DNA of 33,511 nucleotides from NCBI RefSeq assembly GCF_002087085.1, contig NZ_MWQY01000004.1, positions 186,001 to 219,511 of the forward strand, read 5' to 3'. Shown piece by piece: positions 27,002 to 33,511 of this stretch (position 1 is its first letter; each line of letters starts with the position of its first letter). The notes under the pieces were generated by a model. It saw only the letters and a program-made list of their open reading frames with translations, ran no database searches and was not told where the DNA came from. The position numbers and the translations under genes were made by a program.

Positions 27002-28930
27002 CTATGTCATCCCTTGTTCAGTCGCATCATACACCAGTGAATACAGCAGGGACCTCCCCCTCTGCTTCACCGGTCCGCTGAAAACCTGCACATTCCGTAC
27101 CGAACCGTCGGCCCGGCGGTGTCGAAAATCAAAATAGGTTTTTCGGTAGGTACGGGCCCGTTCCATCTCCGCCGCGATCTCCTCAGGGCTCAGGGTATTG
27201 ATCCGGGAGATATTCATCCCGCGGAGTGTCTCCAGGTCCCATCCGTAATAGCGGCAGGCGGCGGGATTCGCGTTTACAATCGATCCGTCCTCAGGATCGA
27301 TCAGCAGCATAACGGCATGATTATTCTCGAAGATAGCCCGGAACTCTTCTTCCCGCTCGCGCAGGTCAAGCTCCGTCCGCTTGCGTGCGGTTATGTCCCG
27401 CTTGAACTCGACAACCTTCTCCACTCTGCCGGTTTCTTCATCAATGATGGGATAAGCAAAGGCCTCGATCCATTCCACCGGGGAACCCGCGTAGCCCTGC
27501 AGTTCGCTCATCTCCGGTTTACCGCTTGCAAAACAGCGCAGGACGGGACATCCCGGACAGGGCGTCGTGAGTCCACGAAAGGCGCTGTAGCATTTTCTGC
27601 CGGTAAAATCGCTTTCTCCCGGAAACCAGGTATAGGTTGTACTGTTTACCCTGTCGATGGTCAGATCATCGTTAAGAACGGAGATTCCTTCCTGCACGCT
27701 TTCCACAACACTTTCCAGGTAGTTCTTTGTATCTTCGATCTCCCGGGAGACACGATACTGTTCGGTTACATCCCGAAAAACCAGAACTACTCCCTCCACA
27801 GCTCCTTTTTCATCCCTGATAGGTGCGGCGCTGTCGGCAATTTGCAGTCTTCTGCCGTCCCTGGAGACCAGGGCGGTATGATTATCCAACTCGATGGTCC
27901 TGTTGTTCCGGATTACAGTCTCCGCCGGATCATCGGCGACAGCACCGGTCCTTGCATTTTCAATGGGAAAAACCATTGACAGAGCTTTACCGCGGGCCTG
28001 CTCGAGGGGCCATCCCGTAAGGTTCTGGGCTACGGGGTTCATGGTCAGGATCTTCGCGTTCCTGTCGGTGGAAATAACCGCATCCCCGATGGCGTCCAGA
28101 GTCGTGGCAAGGTATTCCTTCTGCTGTCTCAAACGCTCCTCGGCCCGTCTTCTTTCGCTTATGTCGCTGGTCACAACGGCGAACTGACCCGAGTCATGCA
28201 GAAAGGCCCATACCTCGTAATAACGGTCCAGTTCTCTGGAATAATTCTCATAGGAGAGGGATTCTCCGGTTTTTACGACCCGGTCGTAGGTGTCGATCCA
28301 GTACTGCTCTGTTTCAGGGAGAATTTCTTTGACGGTCTTCCCGATAATCTCCCCGGCTTTAAGGCCGGTAATACGTTCAAAACAGGGATTGACGTCAAGA
28401 AAACGGTAATCCACTGCCTTGCCGGAATCATCGTAGATCATCTCGTGCAGCGCGTATCCGGCTGTCAGGTTTTCAAAGAGCAGCCTGTAGCGTCTTTCGG
28501 CTCCGGAGATTGCAGCATTGCTCCTTCGAAGTTCCCGGTTCGCGGAGTGCAGGCGAAAAGCCATGGTTATGGAACGCAAAAGGACCATCTCGCCGCTGTT
28601 CTTGACTACATAGCCGTAGGAGCTGATCCTGTCGGTCTTTTCCACATAGTCCTGTTCGGTATGGGAAGAGAGAAAAACGATGGGAACATCCCGGAGACGC
28701 AGGATTTGTAAAGCCGCTTCTGTTCCGTCTATCCCTCGTCCAAGATCGATATCCATCAGGACCAGGTCGATTTCAGAATTATCATCCGCTGCACAGCGAA
28801 CAGCTTTTTCCCCGGATACGGCATGGATAACCTCGTAACCGGCCTTCTGAAGCATCTGTTTCTCCGCAAGGGCAATAATCGCTTCATCTTCTACAAGCAG
28901 GATAGTCTTTTTATGAGAATCCAACACCAC
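27002..28930 (-). CDS. Response-regulator receiver plus four PAS domains, no output domain
   Basis: REC motifs LLVEDE, LMDIDL, FLSSH and YVVK, followed by four PAS/PAC repeats. Exact start is uncertain (GTG GTG TTG). Confidence 0.85.
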   Translation of the reverse strand: MVLDSHKKTILLVEDEAIIALAEKQMLQKAGYEVIHAVSGEKAVRCAADDNSEIDLVLMDIDLGRGIDGTEAALQILRLRDVPIVFLSSHTEQDYVEKTDRISSYGYVVKNSGEMVLLRSITMAFRLHSANRELRRSNAAISGAERRYRLLFENLTAGYALHEMIYDDSGKAVDYRFLDVNPCFERITGLKAGEIIGKTVKEILPETEQYWIDTYDRVVKTGESLSYENYSRELDRYYEVWAFLHDSGQFAVVTSDISERRRAEERLRQQKEYLATTLDAIGDAVISTDRNAKILTMNPVAQNLTGWPLEQARGKALSMVFPIENARTGAVADDPAETVIRNNRTIELDNHTALVSRDGRRLQIADSAAPIRDEKGAVEGVVLVFRDVTEQYRVSREIEDTKNYLESVVESVQEGISVLNDDLTIDRVNSTTYTWFPGESDFTGRKCYSAFRGLTTPCPGCPVLRCFASGKPEMSELQGYAGSPVEWIEAFAYPIIDEETGRVEKVVEFKRDITARKRTELDLREREEEFRAIFENNHAVMLLIDPEDGSIVNANPAACRYYGWDLETLRGMNISRINTLSPEEIAAEMERARTYRKTYFDFRHRRADGSVRNVQVFSGPVKQRGRSLLYSLVYDATEQGMT

Positions 28931-28999
28931 ACCCCCCGGGGTAATCCCGATTTATTATAGTGAGCCTTCCGGTAATCTGCAAATCAATGGAACGCGGAT

Positions 29000-29347
29000 C
29001 TACCTTACCTTCCGGACCAGAAAGGCATGGAGGACTCCACCGAACCAGGCCAGGAGAAAGCACAGAATAATGTTCAGCAGCACCTTGCCGGAGTTGCCGG
29101 TCTTGAGCCACACCGCCACCGGGGGCAGCAGAATGCAGAGAACGAGCAACAGGGTGTCGTTATCGGTATCCAGGGTAATTACGGTGGACGAGAGCTTGAC
29201 GCCGCAGCGCAGGCAGATGTCCTGAACCTCCGTTGTCCCGGCCCCGCAGTTCTGGCAGTAGTTTCTGGATTTCAGGGGACGGACGCCGCAATTCAGGCAG
29301 TATTCCGCCTTTTCGTCAACTTCCTTTCCACAGTTTCTGCAATACAT
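29000..29347 (-). CDS. Double zinc-ribbon plus YqaE/Pmp3-like membrane protein
   Basis: Four CxxCG motifs and a C-terminal LCILLPPVAVWLK...LLNIILCFL...GVLHAF. SD GAGGA before ATG 29347. Confidence 0.8.
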   Translation of the reverse strand: MYCRNCGKEVDEKAEYCLNCGVRPLKSRNYCQNCGAGTTEVQDICLRCGVKLSSTVITLDTDNDTLLLVLCILLPPVAVWLKTGNSGKVLLNIILCFLLAWFGGVLHAFLVRKVR

Positions 29348-29432
29348 GGCTATCCTCTTCTCGTCATGGTTTCCCGACACAATCAGTATACAGGGAATCA
29401 GGGAAAAATGCAGGAGGAAAACTGCTTGTCCT

Positions 29433-30068
29433 TCAGGCTGCCAGTTGCAGTATCAACGGTCCCCAGACAAGGCCTTCCAGCAGAATGATAAAGGGGAACT
29501 GAAGCAGGGTACCCCGGAACGCGGAAGAGGAGTGCGTTTCGAGTACAGTTTCGTCTCCGGGGGGCAGAGCCTGCATAAGAACGGTATCCATACTGCCGAT
29601 TATGTTTTTGACCTCCAGATGCCCCCGGCCGTTCAGGATCTCTTCAAAGTAGTACATGGTCCGGGCAAGCATTCCCCCCAGACGTCCGGGAAAGCGGAGG
29701 GCAGGAGTAACCGAAAAGAGGGAGAGCAGCACAAGGCCGCTCAAGGTGAATCCCTTGCTCAGCCCCTGTTCCAGGGCTCCCGCAGTAAGGGTAAGGGGAC
29801 CGATCTCCAGAAGGACCCGTCCGACGGGGTTCAGGAGGTGAAACAGTGTTATGGAGAAGATCATCATGGCATAGTAAAAGAATCGGATGCGTTTACCTGC
29901 CAGAACAACAGCGACTGCAAAAACCATACAGTGCAACAGCAGAAGCTCCAGGCTGGCGCCCATGAAAAACCCGGGTATCAGGGATACTCCGGTCCAGAAG
30001 CGGACGGTGGGATTCATTATGCGGGCAAGCCTGTCGGGGCGGCGCTTTTTTTTCACCGGCTTTTTCAT
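29433..30068 (-). CDS. Membrane protein, EcfT/CbiQ-like
   Basis: Several TM helices with FHLLNPVGRVLLEIGPLTLTAGALEQGL, which resembles T-component N-terminal halves. ATGA overlap with the upstream gene. Confidence 0.6.
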   Translation of the reverse strand: MKKPVKKKRRPDRLARIMNPTVRFWTGVSLIPGFFMGASLELLLLHCMVFAVAVVLAGKRIRFFYYAMMIFSITLFHLLNPVGRVLLEIGPLTLTAGALEQGLSKGFTLSGLVLLSLFSVTPALRFPGRLGGMLARTMYYFEEILNGRGHLEVKNIIGSMDTVLMQALPPGDETVLETHSSSAFRGTLLQFPFIILLEGLVWGPLILQLAA

Positions 30069-30613
30069 GTCGTCTCCAGGGCGGAATCCTTCAGGGCCTT
30101 CCACCAGCGGGATTTCTCGGAGAAGCTGCGGGCAAAAAGGCCGATAAAAAAGCCTGATCCGAGACCGATACCCAGGAACCAGGGGAGTATACGCCAGGCC
30201 GCCGGACCGAAGATGAATACAATGGAGAGCAGGATCTGGGACATATTGCTTACCAGCGCACCCAGCACACTGACTCCCAGAAAGGAGATATTCGGCCGCA
30301 GATAGCGCCAGGCCAGCCACATCGCCAGACCGCTGGAAAAAGACCCCGCCAGGGAAAAAAGGAACACGTAGGAGGCCATGGTTCCGTTTACCATTCCCTG
30401 ACCCAGGACCTTGATGAGAATGAGGAGGAAATAGGTCCCCGTGGAATCCTCCGAATCCGAACCGAGAAGATCCAGGTAGAGAATTACCGGCAGGTTGGCC
30501 AGGCCCAGGCGCATAAAGGGAATCGGACGGGGAAAGAGATATTCCACGGTTGATAAAAACAGGCTCAGGGCCCCGAGCATGGCAAGGCGGTTAAGAACTC
30601 GTTCGCTGAACAT
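30065..30613 (-). CDS. Gx transporter family protein (Hpre_diP_synt_I, ECF S-component-like)
   Basis: Motifs EYLFPRPIPFMRLGLANLP, FSLAGS and GVSVLGALVSNMSQI. SD AGGAGG. Confidence 0.85.
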   Translation of the reverse strand: MFSERVLNRLAMLGALSLFLSTVEYLFPRPIPFMRLGLANLPVILYLDLLGSDSEDSTGTYFLLILIKVLGQGMVNGTMASYVFLFSLAGSFSSGLAMWLAWRYLRPNISFLGVSVLGALVSNMSQILLSIVFIFGPAAWRILPWFLGIGLGSGFFIGLFARSFSEKSRWWKALKDSALETT

Positions 30614-30624
30614 GAAGCCTCCTG

Positions 30625-30963
30625 CTACTCCCTGTCGCCCACATAGATGAAGACCTGATTCGGCAGGCAGGCCGCCCAGTCCCCGGGTCTTTCCACGGGT
30701 CCCGACTGCACACAAAGCCCGTCAGGACAGTCGGAGTGAACAAAGCGGGCGGAATCTTTGCCAATATGAATATGGGATTCTCCCGCCGGCCCCTGCAGCA
30801 CCACATCCCGCTCTTCCGAAAGAGGGTAGATGAGCCTCCCTTTACTGTCCTCGATAATCAGGTATCCCGTCTCTCCGGAACGCTGGAGACCAAACCAGGT
30901 AAAGAGTATGAATACGGCCAGAGAAAGGGCAATCGCCGCAGCATCGTATCTGAGAATCTTCAT
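30625..30963 (-). CDS. NusG domain II-containing (DUF1312) exported protein
   Basis: N-terminal TM helix, then SDCPDGLCVQSG and AACLPNQVFI. Confidence 0.88.
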   Translation of the reverse strand: MKILRYDAAAIALSLAVFILFTWFGLQRSGETGYLIIEDSKGRLIYPLSEERDVVLQGPAGESHIHIGKDSARFVHSDCPDGLCVQSGPVERPGDWAACLPNQVFIYVGDRE

Positions 30964-31002
30964 GTATCCGGTCCCTTCGTCTTCTCCGGTATAGACAGGA
31001 AA

Positions 31003-31023
31003 GGCCGCCCATGGCGGGCGGCC
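31003..31023 (-). terminator. GC hairpin after the reductase gene
   Basis: 8-bp stem GGCCGCCC/GGGCGGCC with a weak TTTCCT tail on the minus strand. Confidence 0.5.
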
Positions 31024-31044
31024 CGTGTAAAAATCAGGTATTTT

Positions 31045-32817
31045 TTATTCCGCTGCCGCGTTGGCTCCGGCGATTTTACCGAATACATGGATATCCGGAA
31101 GGGCATTACCTCCGAGACGGTTAGATCCGTGGATTCCACCGGTGGTTTCACCCGCAGCGTAGAGCCCGGGAATAACATTGCCTTCGGTGTCGATAACCTG
31201 GGCCTCCGTATTTATCTTTATTCCGCCCATGGTGTGGTGAACGGTCGGCATTCTTGCGCCGGCAAAATATGGAGGTGTATCGATCTTCTCATCGAAGAGG
31301 GTTCTTCCAAATTTGTCAGGACCGCCCTTCTCCACGGCTGCATTGAACCCGGCGACCGCGGCTTTCAGGTTTTCAGGATCAACGTCAATCTGTTCAGCAA
31401 GTTCCTCCAGGGTATCCGCCATATAGGCCCTGCCCTGTTCAACCAGCTCTCCGATTGTTTCGTTGAAGTTGTTCTTGGTATCCATAGTGGGATAGTTATG
31501 AGAATCCAGAACAATCCACATAAAGTCGTCTTCCTGCTCAAAAAGCGCCTTGGTCATGACATCCCGCCGGGCACCTTCGTCAACAAAGCGTTTTCCCTCC
31601 TTGTTGACAAAAATCCTGTTCTCAACACCCTGTTCAATGTTACCCGCAAGGCTTCCCGTATCGGGGTCTCCCATGGGCAGCAGCTGGATGTGTTCGAGCC
31701 CGATCAGATCGGCACCCACCTGTTCAGCCAGGGCCAGGCCGTCTCCGGTTGCACCGGGATGGTTGGTGGATTTGATATTCTTCAGAGAAGGCCAGATCTT
31801 GTTGTATTTTTCCCGCATCTCTACATCGTTGCCAAAACCACCGGTGGCGATGATAACCGCCTTGTTTCCCTGGGCCAGGATGGTGGAATCGGGACCTGTA
31901 GCCTTTACAGCTGTTACCCGACCGGTATCCTTATCTTTGTAGATGTTGGTGGCCCGGGTATCGGTGAGAAGCAGAATACTGTCTTCATTCTTCTCAATGT
32001 AATTCATCAAAGTCTCAATGTATCCGGTACCCAGGGGTTTAACCGGCTTGTGGGCCCGGGGCCAGAGTCCGCCGAGAACGGTAAAAATCCCGTCTTTGAA
32101 CTCCATTCCCATGCTTTCCATCCAGTGGAGGGTGGGAAGGGCGTTCTCTACGAGGGTCCGGATCAGTACAGGTTCGCCAAGCTTGTCTCCCCCTTCGTAG
32201 GTCTGGGTAAAATGCTTTTCGATGGAATCTTCTATTCCCAGGGGCTCCTGTCGTTCAGGGTCGACTGCGTTGTAAGCCGCACCGGAGATAATGGTGTTAC
32301 CGCCGACCTGGGGCATCTTTTCAAGAATGATAACCGTGGCACCATTCTGGTGGGCGGAGACTGCCGCGGCAAGCCCGGCGCCGCCTGCACCGATGACAAC
32401 CACGTCCGCCTCAAGATTCTCCGTTGCGGCTGTAACCACGTCCGCTTCGGCTTTCCCTTCGGACAGGGCTGCAATGTCCGCTCCCGCAGCTGCCAGCGCC
32501 TCGGTAACCGCTGCGATTATCGCCTTGCTGGAGTAGGTAGCACCGGCTACGGTGTCTACCGCCAGGGTCTGACCGTCAATAATGGCTTTGGGGATTCTCT
32601 CAAAAGCCGCATCAGAGAGACCGGGGGTCTCCTCGTTCTGGAGGATCTTGATCTCCTTGATCTCCTTCTCATCCACGCTTACTTCGACAATAACGTCCTT
32701 GCCGTGAATGCCGGGGGCGGCTCCTTCGTAGGAACCCGGGGTGTACAGTTTTTTACCGCAGCTTGCAGCAGAAAAAACCAGAAGAAGCGTCAGTAAAATT
32801 TGCACTACTCGTTTCAT
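31045..32817 (-). CDS. Lipoprotein flavocytochrome c-family reductase with N-terminal FMN-binding domain (urocanate reductase-like)
   Basis: Lipobox FSAAS-C; flavinylation motif VDTVAGAT; FAD motif VIGAGGAG; ATGGF, TGDG, VHHTMGG and HGSNRLGGNA. Confidence 0.9.
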   Translation of the reverse strand: MKRVVQILLTLLLVFSAASCGKKLYTPGSYEGAAPGIHGKDVIVEVSVDEKEIKEIKILQNEETPGLSDAAFERIPKAIIDGQTLAVDTVAGATYSSKAIIAAVTEALAAAGADIAALSEGKAEADVVTAATENLEADVVVIGAGGAGLAAAVSAHQNGATVIILEKMPQVGGNTIISGAAYNAVDPERQEPLGIEDSIEKHFTQTYEGGDKLGEPVLIRTLVENALPTLHWMESMGMEFKDGIFTVLGGLWPRAHKPVKPLGTGYIETLMNYIEKNEDSILLLTDTRATNIYKDKDTGRVTAVKATGPDSTILAQGNKAVIIATGGFGNDVEMREKYNKIWPSLKNIKSTNHPGATGDGLALAEQVGADLIGLEHIQLLPMGDPDTGSLAGNIEQGVENRIFVNKEGKRFVDEGARRDVMTKALFEQEDDFMWIVLDSHNYPTMDTKNNFNETIGELVEQGRAYMADTLEELAEQIDVDPENLKAAVAGFNAAVEKGGPDKFGRTLFDEKIDTPPYFAGARMPTVHHTMGGIKINTEAQVIDTEGNVIPGLYAAGETTGGIHGSNRLGGNALPDIHVFGKIAGANAAAE

Positions 32818-32935
32818 CTTATCTACTCCTTATGGGCCAAACCCATTCGGGATTTATTTATCTATATTATTTTATCGTTAAAAATATTTCAAGTAGCCGA
32901 ATTTGATATCTCGCACATAGTGCAGATCATTTTTG

Positions 32936-33388
32936 TCACAATCTGAGTCTGCAGTAAAAGGTGCCGGAGAAACTGGCAGCCATATGGTCTGAACCATCCT
33001 GATAAAGAGCGGCTCCAAGATCGATCCGTCCCCGTTTCAGTTTATCCAGTCCATATTTCAGGGATTCAACCTGCCACGGTAAAGGACGCGCGCATCGTGC
33101 AGTAAAATCCCCGTCAACCGGCACAAGAAAATCTGTACACTGTCGCTCTATTACTATGGAAGCCTCAGGAAAAGTGTCCTCCAGCAGCCGCCGGACCATC
33201 AGCCAGCTGCTCAGAATAAGTATGGTGCTGATGCTGCCGCCGAAAACGGTATTATGATGATTATGGTTCAGCCTCTTTTCACCCGTGACGACGACCTCCT
33301 GGTCATTCAGTTCCCGGATAACAAAGCCTGCCTCCTTTATAAGGGGAATACTCGTCTCGACAAAATCCTGCAATTCACTGATATTCAT
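32936..33388 (-). CDS. YiiD C-terminal-like hot-dog thioesterase
   Basis: Motifs SIPL, NHNHHNTVFGGSI and FLVPVDGDF. Confidence 0.85.
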   Translation of the reverse strand: MNISELQDFVETSIPLIKEAGFVIRELNDQEVVVTGEKRLNHNHHNTVFGGSISTILILSSWLMVRRLLEDTFPEASIVIERQCTDFLVPVDGDFTARCARPLPWQVESLKYGLDKLKRGRIDLGAALYQDGSDHMAASFSGTFYCRLRL

Positions 33389-33409
33389 GTTCCACCCCGG
33401 AAACTGGGA

Positions 33410-33438
33410 TAATCACCCTAATGGAGGCAGGTGTCAAG
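33410..33438 (-). promoter_or_regulatory. Putative promoter of the thioesterase gene
   Basis: Minus strand reads TTGACA-N17-GATTAT. Confidence 0.4.
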
Positions 33439-33511
33439 GAGCGGAGGTGCTCCCCACAGGGCCAGCGCATTAAACCAGTTCAAGCAGTGGGCTCGAAGGA
33501 CTGGTCAGGAG

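Noticed and set aside
30736..32796. 686-aa plus-strand ORF
   Set aside because: Antisense shadow of the reductase, with no motifs or RBS. Such shadows are expected from codon bias.
32875..32892. Rex-like box TCGTTAA-N4-ATTTCAA upstream of the reductase
   Set aside because: The right half matches poorly in an AT-rich region. A regulon-wide scan would be needed.
33470..33511. Possible 3' end of an upstream minus-strand gene (LLTSPSSPLLELV-stop); likewise 1-35 on plus
   Set aside because: Too short at the window edges to support a call.
1..33511. CRISPR array, IS elements, prophage genes, rRNA
   Set aside because: No regularly spaced repeats, transposase, integrase, phage or rRNA signatures were seen.

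Overview
A 33.5 kb bacterial chromosomal window, probably from a free-living spirochaete. That assignment is inferred from protein style (LFAxGxxE signal peptide, REC-PAS family, lipoboxes) and is not proven. It holds about 30 genes. The main blocks are: (1) a complete selenocysteine machinery, selC-selA-selB convergent with selD, plus two UGA-recoded selenoproteins (SelD, PrxU) that the ORF track splits; (2) a type III PKS cluster with an FAD monooxygenase, two methyltransferases and an NDH-2-like flavoprotein; (3) an AT-richer ~6 kb catabolic/TRAP insert bounded by a diverged 92-bp duplication of the 3' end of the flavoprotein gene; (4) a flavinylated UrdA-like reductase lipoprotein followed by NusG-II, Gx-transporter and EcfT-like genes, resembling EetA/EetB/FmnA; (5) a PIN toxin-antitoxin pair, a serine hydrolase reading in frame into RidA, and signalling genes. 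Several transcripts, including tRNA-Sec, look leaderless. All family calls come from motif recognition by eye; no database search was run.
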